NCBI GenBank assembly: GCA_963765875.1
Contig: CAVXYK010000025.1
Coordinates: 48,153-80,152, forward strand
Source of the DNA: an uncultured Chloroflexia bacterium
GTDB taxonomy: Bacteria; Chloroflexota; Anaerolineae; Caldilineales; Caldilineaceae
Length of the DNA stretch: 32,000 bases
Reading direction: 5' to 3'
A program made the position numbers and the translations under genes. Shown here in pieces: positions 1 to 8,958 of this stretch. Each line of letters opens with the position of its first letter. Position 1 is the stretch's first letter. A model generated the notes under the pieces. It was given only the letters and a program-made list of their open reading frames with translations, did not search any database and had not been told where the DNA came from.

Positions 1-106
1 GCGCCGCTTCCATCACAGCTGCGGCGGCTGGCACAACCTCGATACCGATGCCGTCTCCGGGAATCAGCCCGATGCGTAGCCTTCGAGCTTCGTTATTTTG
101 GTTCAT
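1..106 (-). CDS. beta-decarboxylating dehydrogenase (isocitrate/isopropylmalate/homoisocitrate family). Only the first 35 codons are present; the gene runs off the left edge. Context suggests homoisocitrate dehydrogenase.
   Basis: The reverse complement of 106..1 reads ATG MNQNNEARRLRIGLIPGDGIGIEVVPAAAAVMEAA. The I-x-x-I-P-G-D-G-I-G-x-E-V motif is the N-terminal signature of this family. It is absent from the ORF track because it is truncated. Confidence 0.6.
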   Translation of the reverse strand, partial: MNQNNEARRLRIGLIPGDGIGIEVVPAAAAVMEAA

Positions 107-348
107 ATCAGTACGCTCATAATCATTAGGACGTTTTCAATATGGGTCGACTGCGTGCCTTGTCCGCCGACCAACAAGCCTCAGAAATCACCTAGCACGG
201 ACAAGGCATTCCTAGGGCCATTTCAGCAAGCGATCGATGCCGTGCAATTTGGAATCTATCGGTCGAAGGCACGCTCGACGGGGAATGCCATGTCCCTACG
301 CGTCTCAACTCGTTCCGTTTGCTCGGCAGACGCAATGCACCAACACAC

Positions 349-966
349 TCATATCAACACACTCAACAATGCATAGATGCCAAATGCCCCGATGACGACG
401 CCGGCAATTCGGTTGATCCATTGCATGGCCTCAGGACCGATGCGGCGCCGAAAGAGCGAGCAACCGCCGCTCAGCAACAGCCACCAGAACGCCGACCCGC
501 AAAATACACCGGCCACGATCAATATCGCCGTGCGGTAGTCGTTCTCGTCTGATGCCAACCCCAACCCGGCAAAAATAGCCACAAACGACAGGATCGTGAT
601 CGGATTGGTCAGCGTAAGCACGAATGTCGACAGGTAGGCCGCCGGCAGTCCCCCGCTCCGGGCACTTGCCGCTTGATCCGCGGGTGGCGTAAGAAATGTA
701 CGCACTGCCAAATAGCAGAGAAAGAGCCCGCCGACAATGGCCAGCCAGAATTGATGTTCGATCAGAAAGGCCGAGACCAAGACCAGCCCAAAGGCGGCGA
801 TGCAGCCATAGACGGCGTCGGCGGTTGCCGCGCCCAGGCCGGAGACCAGTCCGGTCACACGTCCATCATTCAACGTACGCTGAATACAGAGCAGACCGAT
901 GGGGCCGACCGGTGCAGCAATGGCAAACCCGATGCCCAATCCACGTCCAAACAAGCCAATGTCCAC
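349..966 (-). CDS. LysE/RhtB-family amino-acid exporter
   Basis: 205 aa and very hydrophobic. The N-terminus GLGIGFAIAAPVGPIGLLCIQRTL is typical of LysE-type translocators. GTG start lies 3 nt after the stop of the upstream NUDIX gene. Confidence 0.75.
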   Translation of the reverse strand: MDIGLFGRGLGIGFAIAAPVGPIGLLCIQRTLNDGRVTGLVSGLGAATADAVYGCIAAFGLVLVSAFLIEHQFWLAIVGGLFLCYLAVRTFLTPPADQAASARSGGLPAAYLSTFVLTLTNPITILSFVAIFAGLGLASDENDYRTAILIVAGVFCGSAFWWLLLSGGCSLFRRRIGPEAMQWINRIAGVVIGAFGIYALLSVLI

Positions 967-969
967 AAT

Positions 970-1434
970 CTACCACTTCCCTGTTGTGACGCCTTCACCT
1001 GTAGAATACTCTCCAATTCGCCTGGCAGTCGCCGGCGAAACATCGACGGGCAATGCGTCCAGGTCAAAGGATCGACAGGCTTCGATCTCCCAGCGGTCAG
1101 ACCGATCCCCTTGCTCAAACTGTTCACAAACAAACAGAACGATATGGTCACTCTTGTGCTCGATGAAGTTCGAGAAGAGACCGGCCAGTCGCAGGTGCTC
1201 TCCCACCTCCGCGCCGACTTCCTCCATCACCTCGCGCCGGGCCGCTTCAATTGGCATCTCGCCCTTCTTGACTGCACCGCCGGGCAAGTACCAGTGATCC
1301 TGATAGGTATGTCGCACCAGAATCACCTGCCCATTCTGGATCAACAACACGCGAACACCCACGATCATCGGCCGTGTGAACCACCAGTATATGGTCGCCA
1401 GCCGGTAGACCAGGCGCATCAGCAACGACTTCAT
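970..1434 (-). CDS. NUDIX hydrolase
   Basis: Nudix box [26 protein letters not shown] (GX5EX7REUXEEXGU). The ATG overlaps the stop of the upstream small-subunit gene as ATGA (1434-1431). Confidence 0.85.
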   Translation of the reverse strand: MKSLLMRLVYRLATIYWWFTRPMIVGVRVLLIQNGQVILVRHTYQDHWYLPGGAVKKGEMPIEAARREVMEEVGAEVGEHLRLAGLFSNFIEHKSDHIVLFVCEQFEQGDRSDRWEIEACRSFDLDALPVDVSPATARRIGEYSTGEGVTTGKW

Positions 1435-1925
1435 GCCACGGCCAGCCTGGCTTTGACATAGTCAACCAGGCCGCCCGCCTGCACAATGCCCAGCACGCTG
1501 GGGCTGAGCGGTGGGAAGCCAAACTCGCCTGCCCCACATCTGACCAGATTGCGTTCCAGATCGATTACGACTTCCTCTCCGGCCACGATCTTCGGGACAG
1601 CCGCCGGGCAAGCAATAACCAGCAGGCCGTTGTTGAGTGCATTGCGATAGAAGATGCGACTGAAACTCTCGGCAATCACTGCACCGATGCCGTTGTAGAC
1701 CAGGCAGGTCGCGGCCTGCTCCCGGCTGGAGCCGCACCCCCAGTTGCGCCCGGCCACAATCAGATCCCCGGGTTGTACGCCTTCTACAAAAGTCGGGTCC
1801 AGGTCCTCCAAAGCGTGCGCGGCAATTTCAGATCGCTCCGTCAATGTGTAGGTGTATTTGCCGGGAAAAATGACGTCGGTGTTGACGTTATCCCCGTATT
1901 TCCAGGTTCGACCGGTGATTTGCAT
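1431..1925 (-). CDS. hacB: homoaconitase / 3-isopropylmalate dehydratase small subunit (archaeal/Thermus type)
   Basis: 164 aa. N-terminus [20 protein letters not shown] and GCGSSREQA are typical of LeuD-type-2/HacB. GGAG Shine-Dalgarno sits 5-6 nt upstream of the ATG. It lies next to the large subunit and in a cluster with homocitrate synthase. Confidence 0.85.
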   Translation of the reverse strand: MQITGRTWKYGDNVNTDVIFPGKYTYTLTERSEIAAHALEDLDPTFVEGVQPGDLIVAGRNWGCGSSREQAATCLVYNGIGAVIAESFSRIFYRNALNNGLLVIACPAAVPKIVAGEEVVIDLERNLVRCGAGEFGFPPLSPSVLGIVQAGGLVDYVKARLAVA

Positions 1926-1939
1926 GATGTCTCCAGATA

Positions 1940-2025
1940 GGACGGCGATGACACGGACAAGGCGGATGCTGACGAATCTCCTGTCACTATCCCTGCGTAT
2001 CCGCTAGACCTGTGTCATCCGTCGC

Positions 2026-2026
<1 letters not shown>
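1940..2026. repeat. imperfect intercistronic palindrome between the homoaconitase subunits (syllables GATGACAC / CGGATG)
   Basis: gacggcgatgacacgg...gcggatgctgacg // cgtatccgc...cctgtgtcatccgtcgcc. The arms are roughly reverse-complementary, with indels. Confidence 0.3.
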
Positions 2027-3381
<1,355 letters not shown>

Positions 3382-3395
3382 TTGGATTTCGTCTC

Positions 3396-3456
3396 AAAAA
3401 CTTCACCACGGAGACACAGAGATTGCACAGAGATCACGGAGAAAAGACAATTCTCC
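3396..3456. repeat. CACGGAG/CACAGAG syllable element (single arm plus small hairpin) in the hacA 5' region
   Basis: aaaaacttcaccacggagacacagagattgcacagagatcacggagaaaagacaattctcc. Same vocabulary as the element at 24162-24275. Confidence 0.6.
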
Positions 3457-3522
3457 ATCAGTGATGGCATGCACACTGAACGGTGAGGTTGGCAAAAGTA
3501 CTGAACTCGTCGTGCCTTCAGT

Positions 3523-4104
3523 TTAGATCAGTTGATTAAGCACTAGATAGGCGACGGCGGCCACGGTCGTGCGCTCTTTGATCTCGCCCGAACGCACTGC
3601 TTCCTTGAGCCAATCGACCGAACACCAATGCAAGGCGATGAACTCGGTCGGCTCCAGCGCGGCGGCGGCGCTGGGCACGACATCAAAGGCAGCAACAACA
3701 TGGCTGACCGTAGGCCCCAATCCCGGGTTGTCCCAGACACCGCCCAGATAGCGCACGGTTTCATCATTGACGGCCTTGGGCGCGTAACCGGTCTCTTCAG
3801 CCAGTTCGCGCAGCCCTGCTGCGATCAGATCCTCGCCTTCATCAACCAGACCGCCGGGCAATTGCCAGATCACCTGGCCCAGTCCATGCCGGTACTCACG
3901 TTCGAGCAGGATGCGTCCTTCGCCGTCAAAGGCCGCTACGGCCACGCCGACGCCGGCTGGCCGAAGGCGAGTGTACTCGTACTCGACGCCATTGGGCAGC
4001 CGTACCTCGTCAACATAGATGCCGGCCCAGCGATTGTCGAACTCGACCCGGGTCGAGAGCGTCTGCCATGGCCGAGGATCAGAGACTCTGTTTTGGTCAC
4101 CCAT
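3523..4104 (-). CDS. NUDIX hydrolase (ADP-ribose pyrophosphatase-like)
   Basis: Nudix box GGLVDEGEDLIAAGLRELAEETGY. The start overlaps the upstream stop by 1 nt (TGATG). Confidence 0.8.
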   Translation of the reverse strand: MGDQNRVSDPRPWQTLSTRVEFDNRWAGIYVDEVRLPNGVEYEYTRLRPAGVGVAVAAFDGEGRILLEREYRHGLGQVIWQLPGGLVDEGEDLIAAGLRELAEETGYAPKAVNDETVRYLGGVWDNPGLGPTVSHVVAAFDVVPSAAAALEPTEFIALHWCSVDWLKEAVRSGEIKERTTVAAVAYLVLNQLI

Positions 4105-4676
4105 CAGTCTGTCCTTTGCACCTGGGTAAGAACATCATCGGTCTCAACCACGGTGGCGAATTCGCCATGCAAGCTGGCCAGAGCCAGGTCGTGCACCTGC
4201 TCAGCCGGATAGTGGCGACCATCATGGCCGGTGCGGTCGAATGTTGCCGTTGCATCGGCCACGAGATACGTCTCGAAGCCCAGATTGCCGGCCATCCTCG
4301 TCGTCGTCGAGACGCAATGGTTGGTGGTCAGCCCGACAATGACAAGCGTGTTCAGATCGTGTTTCCGCAGATAGTCCTCAAGATCCGTACCGATGAACGC
4401 GCTGTTGACGCTCTTCCGGAAGATGGGTTCATCTTCGATCGGCCGGGCAAATTCCTGGAACTCAACGCCAGGCTGATCCGGCAGCAGCGGCGAACCGGGT
4501 GTGACCGAGCAATGTTGAACATGCAGAATCGGGCGTCCGGCAGTGCGCCATTCTGTGAGGAGGCGAGACATGTTTGCTTCGGCGCCCGGGTTGTTGCGAC
4601 GCCCCCAGACCGGATCGCTGAACCCCTGCTGTACGTCGATCATCAGCAACACGGCATCTTGCGGCAGAGCGTTCAT
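4104..4676 (-). CDS. isochorismatase-family cysteine hydrolase (nicotinamidase-like)
   Basis: LLMIDVQQGF N-terminal motif and the VIVGLTTNHCVSTT Cys motif of the isochorismatase/PncA family. AAGGAA Shine-Dalgarno upstream. Confidence 0.75.
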   Translation of the reverse strand: MNALPQDAVLLMIDVQQGFSDPVWGRRNNPGAEANMSRLLTEWRTAGRPILHVQHCSVTPGSPLLPDQPGVEFQEFARPIEDEPIFRKSVNSAFIGTDLEDYLRKHDLNTLVIVGLTTNHCVSTTTRMAGNLGFETYLVADATATFDRTGHDGRHYPAEQVHDLALASLHGEFATVVETDDVLTQVQRTD

Positions 4677-4825
4677 TCTGATTCCTTGTTCAATTCTTGA
4701 TCACAACTCCTAGTCACGACATTTCCAGACTTGACGGAATGATACTGGGATAGCGCAGGTGTGGTTTGCAACCGCACGATCAATGACTGCCTCTGAATTT
4801 CATGAGCATTGTGCGGTTACAAACC

Positions 4826-5031
4826 CATGCGCATCAAGCTAAGCGTTATGTCTAGCGTTGCCATTGATTGCGGCAGGGATAAATCCCGCCGCTAACAGCG
4901 ACAAGCCGCCTCAGCGGCTGGAGTTAAACGCCTGTGGGCGCTTTTCGCTGTTAGCAGCCGGCTTCAGCCGTTGCTGCGTGCCGGTTCAAATCGGTGCGGG
5001 ATTTAACATAATCCTTAGCTTGATGCCTATG
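4826..5031. mobile_element. non-autonomous MITE-like element (206 bp) with 18-bp terminal inverted repeats
   Basis: Terminal inverted repeats are catgcgcatcaagctaag (4826-4843) and cttagcttgatgcctatg (5014-5031), 16/18. It is flanked by the perfect 11-bp direct repeat ggttacaaacc (4815-4825 and 5032-5042). The interior consists of nested small hairpins and has no ORF. Confidence 0.5.
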
Positions 5032-5096
5032 GGTTACAAACCGCACCTACAATGACGGCGCTAATTCATCAATCTTCAAGATATCGAGATGCCAAT

Positions 5097-6302
5097 CTAT
5101 GCCACATCCCCGTTCAGCGAGCCGTTCAACATCGCCTCGGCAATCACCGCATCCGACGCCGTGGTATGCACATCCTGGCTGTGATAGTGGCGCAGCAACA
5201 CATCCACATCGTCCAGGCTCAGGTTCTTCTGATCGGCCAGCGCCTTGATCTGGGCGGTGATGATCTTGATCTGCTCATCGGTCAGATCGAGTTGCAACTG
5301 CTCGGCCCGCTGCTTGATGGCGTTCCAGCCGGTCAGGCGATGGGCGACGTGCACGTAACGGGTCAAACCAAAGTCGGCTGGGTCCAGGATCTCGTAGGTG
5401 CTCGGGTTGTTGAGAATGGCCTTGGCATGAATGCCTGCCTTGTGAGTGAAGGCAGTGTAGCCGGTGATGTAGTTGTTGAAGGGCACATCGACGCTGACCA
5501 ACTCGGCCACAATGTTCTCCACCTCGCGCAGCAGCGGCAGATCGTAGCGACTGCGAATGCCTTCAGGATCGTCGGCGTACATGCGGGCGATAAAACCGCC
5601 CAGCGGCGTGATGCCGTTGCGCTCGCCGATTCCCAGCACGGACGTGTCAATGTGGGTGGCCCCGGCCGACAGCGCGGCATAGGCATTGGCGATGGCGCAG
5701 CCGGTATCGTTGTGGCCATGAAACTCGATGTCACAGCCGACGACGCCGCGCAGCGTCTTGATCAACTCGTAGACCTGCATCGGATGGGCGATGCCCACCG
5801 TGTCGGCGATACCGACACGGTTGATGCCGATGGAGTCGACCTGGCGGTAGATGGTGAGCAGATCGACCAGATCGCTGCGGAAGCTGTCCTCGCTGCTGAA
5901 GCGCACCTCGATGCCCTGGCTCTTGACAAACTCGACGACCTCGATGGCCGACTCGATGATGTGGGCGATGTCCTTGCCGTGGGAGAACTCGCGCAGCAAA
6001 CTGCTGGTGCCAAAGAGCACGTCAATGCCGTCGACGCCGGTGTCGATGGCGACCTTGGCATCGTCCATATGGCAGCGCACATGGGTCAGGATCTTGGCAT
6101 TGAGGCCAAGCCCGGCAATGCGCTTGCAGTCAGCCAAACTCTGAGGGCTGGCCACGGGTGATGTGACTTCCAGATATTCAACGCCGAAGGCGTCGAGCAA
6201 TCGGGCGATTTCCGCCTTCTGATCGCTGGTGAAGAAGGCGTTGGCAAACTGCTCGCCCTCGCGCAGCGTCGATTCAATGATGGCAAAGTTCTCAAGGCTC
6301 AT
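5097..6302 (-). CDS. hcs: homocitrate synthase (alpha-aminoadipate lysine pathway)
   Basis: [31 protein letters not shown] and [13 protein letters not shown] resemble Thermus-type HCS as I remember it. It lacks the LeuA C-terminal regulatory domain. I prefer the ATG at 6302 (GGAG 9 nt upstream) over the TTG at 6326 used by the ORF track. Confidence 0.85.
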   Translation of the reverse strand: MSLENFAIIESTLREGEQFANAFFTSDQKAEIARLLDAFGVEYLEVTSPVASPQSLADCKRIAGLGLNAKILTHVRCHMDDAKVAIDTGVDGIDVLFGTSSLLREFSHGKDIAHIIESAIEVVEFVKSQGIEVRFSSEDSFRSDLVDLLTIYRQVDSIGINRVGIADTVGIAHPMQVYELIKTLRGVVGCDIEFHGHNDTGCAIANAYAALSAGATHIDTSVLGIGERNGITPLGGFIARMYADDPEGIRSRYDLPLLREVENIVAELVSVDVPFNNYITGYTAFTHKAGIHAKAILNNPSTYEILDPADFGLTRYVHVAHRLTGWNAIKQRAEQLQLDLTDEQIKIITAQIKALADQKNLSLDDVDVLLRHYHSQDVHTTASDAVIAEAMLNGSLNGDVA

Positions 6303-6365
6303 GGGCTGGTTCTCCTGAAGGTCCAAACTCGTGTCGGTCCAGTTTCAGCGAGTCTTTGGAAGGGC

Positions 6366-6486
6366 GTTTTTGTCACAGATTTTCACGGATGAAAAAAGAT
6401 AGGGCACAGATAGGGTTAGGAATATTCTGGGATCCCTGGAACATCTGTGAGAATCCACCCTTTATCTGTGGCCATCTGTGTCTCGC
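6366..6486. repeat. degenerate CACAGAT-syllable palindromic element in the hcs 5' region
   Basis: gtcacagattttcacggatg...gggcacagat // acatctgtgag...ttatctgtggccatctgtgtc. Confidence 0.6.
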
Positions 6487-6588
6487 TCTTCCTGGCATCG
6501 TTTTACGCCAAAACTGGGTTTTCATACCGGGTCTGCGTCCATGCAGGAGGCCATCGTTGGCAGTCGATTTGGGAAGTATGGTATGCAC

Positions 6589-6622
6589 AAAAAAACCGGC
6601 TCATCCGTCTGGATGGCCGGTT
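6589..6622 (-). terminator. intrinsic terminator (candidate attenuator terminator)
   Basis: The minus-strand RNA reads AACCGGCCAUCC-AGAC-GGAUGAGCCGGUU followed by UUUUUUU. The stem is 12 bp with one bulged A. Confidence 0.65.
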
Positions 6623-6663
6623 GCTATCTACTCAGAAGTGCGAGCAAGCACGGATATCCAGAC

Positions 6664-6735
6664 TTAGTCCGGGTTCGACTTCTTGCTCTTCTTGTTGATG
6701 GAAATGCTGCGTTCAAAATGCATGTTGGTTGCCAT
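6664..6735 (-). CDS. candidate 23-aa Lys-codon leader peptide MATNMHFERSISINKKSKKSNPD
   Basis: Hand translation; the ORF is below the track cutoff. Four AAG codons fall within five consecutive codons. It is flanked by a promoter-like pair upstream and a terminator downstream, on the same strand as hcs. No clear Shine-Dalgarno. Confidence 0.4.
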   Translation of the reverse strand: MATNMHFERSISINKKSKKSNPD

Positions 6736-6768
6736 TGGTCTGCGACATTGGCGTCAAGAATGTGCGGA

Positions 6769-6797
6769 ATGATAGCAGCGTCACCAATGGCTGTCAA
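6769..6797 (-). promoter_or_regulatory. sigma70-like promoter for the leader transcript
   Basis: On the minus strand: TTGACA (6797-6792), a 17-nt spacer, then TATCAT (6774-6769). Confidence 0.45.
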
Positions 6798-6826
6798 ATT
6801 CATACGGCTGCGCGCACACAGGGAGG

Positions 6827-6926
6827 CAGGGTTCAAACCCGCCTCTAGCACCGACCCGTCGCCTCAGCGACTGGCCCATGGCGCAAATGGCATGCTCAAC
6901 ACAAAGCGCCTGAGGGCGCTTCTCGT
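6827..6926. repeat. about 100-nt hairpin-module repeat, copy A
   Basis: About 85% identical to 7194-7295. Contains the gtcgc-ctca-gcgac and gcgcc-tgag-ggcgc tetraloop hairpins and a gggttcaaaccc hairpin. Confidence 0.7.
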
Positions 6927-6993
6927 TGTCAAACTGAGGTCAATTTGAAACCTACGGTTCGGTGATGCGACCTTTGGATCGAAAAGACACTCT

Positions 6994-7085
6994 GTCATTC
7001 CGAACAGAGTGAGGAATCTTGACGCCACCGATCTCAAGATTCCTCACTCCGTTAGCGCTTAGCGCCCACTTCGTGAACGGATGAC
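6994..7085. repeat. GTCATTCC...GGATGAC palindromic element
   Basis: gtcattccgaacagagtgaggaatctt...aagattcctcactccgtt...cggatgac. It is nested between the inverted ctacggttcgg (6951-6961) and ccgaaccgtag (7106-7116). Confidence 0.6.
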
Positions 7086-7193
7086 ATGCATTGTTGCTTC
7101 TGCAAAACCTGCTCCCGAACCGTAGTCTTCAATCTGACATGAGTATAGCCGCGGAATTCGTTCCCGCGGGCCATGGTCAGGCCATCATCGATG

Positions 7194-7295
7194 CAGGGTT
7201 GAAAACCCGCCTCCAACATCGACCCGTCGCCTCAGCGACTGGCCCATTGGCGCAAATAGCACGCTCAACACAAGCGCCTGAGGGCGCTTCTCCCT
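7194..7295. repeat. about 100-nt hairpin-module repeat, copy B
   Basis: Aligns with 6827-6926. It is bracketed by a 22-bp direct repeat, agccgcggaattcNttcccgcg (7147-7168 and 7299-7320, 21/22). Confidence 0.7.
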
Positions 7296-7442
7296 GTTAG
7301 CCGCGGAATTCATTCCCGCGTTCATGTATGCGTCGGCATGATTCCTATTGCCCCCTTTGTAAGCCGATTTGCATAAACCGGCCCATTCTTCCGCTACGAT
7401 ACGGCTAGACTCGGGTATCTCGCATCTCGAAAAGGAGATCGC

Positions 7443-8732
7443 ATGGTTCAACGACAACGCCGCATTGTAGGCATGGCCCTGTTACTGGTTTTCCTGGTAC
7501 TGGCGCTTGCCGGCTGCCAGCCTGTTCTCCTATCTGACGAGACCGCCGGGGCGGCAATGCCCTTGCCCGGAGAACTGTCGACAAGGACATCTCCCAGTTC
7601 TGAGAACCGTCTGCTTGTCCTCGGCTCTGACGGCAACATCTACACTGTCAACCCGGACGGCACGGAGCGCTTCTCGTTGACCAACGACGCCTCCTCCAGT
7701 AAGCAATACTTGCAGCCGACCTGGTCGCCCGACGCAGAGCGTATCGCCTGGACCGAGATCGAGCTGACCGATGGCGACCCGACCAGCACGATTATCACGG
7801 CCCAGTGGGACGGCAGCGAACGCGTCGATGCGGAGGTGCCCTTTGCGCCTTTCTACATCTTCTGGAGCCCGGACAGTTCGAGGCTTGCCTACCTAAGCAA
7901 CTGGCTCAACGGCAGCCTCCCCTCAATGGCGCTGCGCCTGGCTGAACTACCCACTAACCTCGATGGTTCCGAGCCATTGGCCACGTCCACATTGGCCCAG
8001 GGACAGCCACTCTATTTCTCCTGGTCGCCGGACAGCCAACGGCTGTTGACCCACACCGGCGATGACGAGTTGGCAGTCCAGGCGCTGGACGGCAATCGGG
8101 AATCGATCGATGCCCCCGCAGGCGCGTTTCCAGCGCCTCAATGGGCAACCAATGGTAATGAATTGGTCTATGCGGTGACCGAGGAAGACAGACAGCGTCT
8201 GATCGTCACAGATCTCGAAGGTGATCTGTTGGAGGAAGTCACGGATTACGTTGATCGCATCACCTTTTCGCTCAGCCCCGATGGGCGTCAGGTTGCCTAT
8301 GTCGTAAGCGAAAGCGATGCCAGCATGGCCGCACTAGGCCCGCTCTTCGTCTACGAGTTCGAGTCGCAGCAGACGCGGGAGCTGTCGTCAATTCCGGCGA
8401 TCGCCTTCTATTGGAGTCCCGATAGCCAGAAACTGGCCTACCTGACACCCGACTCGGGGGGACAGCGCATTGATTTTCTCTGGAACGTCTGGGATGGAGA
8501 GCAGAAGATCGAATATGCCGATTTTTTGCCGTCGCGCACCTTCTTCCAGTCGTACCTGGCCTTCTTTGACCAGTACGCCCAGAGCATGTCGATGTGGGCG
8601 CCGGACAGTAGCGCCTTCGCCTATGCAGGCACGGATCGGGGCAGATCGGGAATATGGGTGCAGCCGCTCGGAGAGGGTGAGCGGCCGGTTGCAGTCGGTC
8701 CGGGCGTCGTGGTGGCGTGGTCGCCCCGGTGA
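7443..8732 (+). CDS. PD40/TolB-like beta-propeller lipoprotein
   Basis: Signal peptide with lipobox LALAGC. Reiterated W-S-P-D-(S/G)-x-x-(L/I)-A-Y PD40 motifs. AAGGAG Shine-Dalgarno. Confidence 0.75.
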   Translation: MVQRQRRIVGMALLLVFLVLALAGCQPVLLSDETAGAAMPLPGELSTRTSPSSENRLLVLGSDGNIYTVNPDGTERFSLTNDASSSKQYLQPTWSPDAERIAWTEIELTDGDPTSTIITAQWDGSERVDAEVPFAPFYIFWSPDSSRLAYLSNWLNGSLPSMALRLAELPTNLDGSEPLATSTLAQGQPLYFSWSPDSQRLLTHTGDDELAVQALDGNRESIDAPAGAFPAPQWATNGNELVYAVTEEDRQRLIVTDLEGDLLEEVTDYVDRITFSLSPDGRQVAYVVSESDASMAALGPLFVYEFESQQTRELSSIPAIAFYWSPDSQKLAYLTPDSGGQRIDFLWNVWDGEQKIEYADFLPSRTFFQSYLAFFDQYAQSMSMWAPDSSAFAYAGTDRGRSGIWVQPLGEGERPVAVGPGVVVAWSPR

Positions 8733-8780
8733 TGTTCGATCTATTTGGAAACCATGTCAACGTATGACCCTACTGCAAGA

Positions 8781-8885
8781 AACCCTTTCTTGACACGAAT
8801 GGCTACGAATTTTCACTAATTTCGTCGTCGCCCCAGAGAGAAAATTCGTGATAATTCGTGTGAATTCGTGTCTGGATCTCTTTTT
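8781..8885. repeat. CACGAAT-syllable palindromic element
   Basis: cttgacacgaatggctacgaattttcac...gagaaaattcgtgataattcgtgtgaattcgtgtctggatctcttttt. About 90% identical, in inverted orientation, to 12127-12236. Confidence 0.75.
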
Positions 8886-8958
8886 GGAGTAGAGTCACGC
8901 ATCACGTTTCGATTCACCACACGAAAATTTCAAAACTCGCGATCGCGCAGTTGACCTT

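Noticed and set aside
107-348. A lysine riboswitch (L-box) upstream of the dehydrogenase-like gene, or in the hcs leader (6327-6590).
   Set aside because: I could not find the conserved L-box core segments (AGAGGNGC...GAGUA...GCCGAAG...CUGUCA order) on the minus strand. The only partial resemblance (gtcgaagg...ggggaatg) is on the wrong strand.
5052-6161. Long antisense ORFs opposite real genes. These are 5052-6161 (+, 369 aa), 19182-20333 (+, 383 aa), 22059-22988 (+, 309 aa), 24789-25619 (+, 276 aa), 27423-28277 (-, 284 aa) and 673-1461 (+).
   Set aside because: Each lies opposite a gene with clear family motifs. Their translations are low-complexity and rich in Arg, Ala, Gly and Asp, typical of shadow ORFs in GC-rich DNA. 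None has a convincing ribosome-binding site.
6827-7295. The two roughly 100-nt similar modules considered as a diversity-generating retroelement template/variable repeat pair.
   Set aside because: Differences are of all substitution types plus indels, not adenine-specific. Neither copy lies in a coding region. No reverse transcriptase is present in the window.
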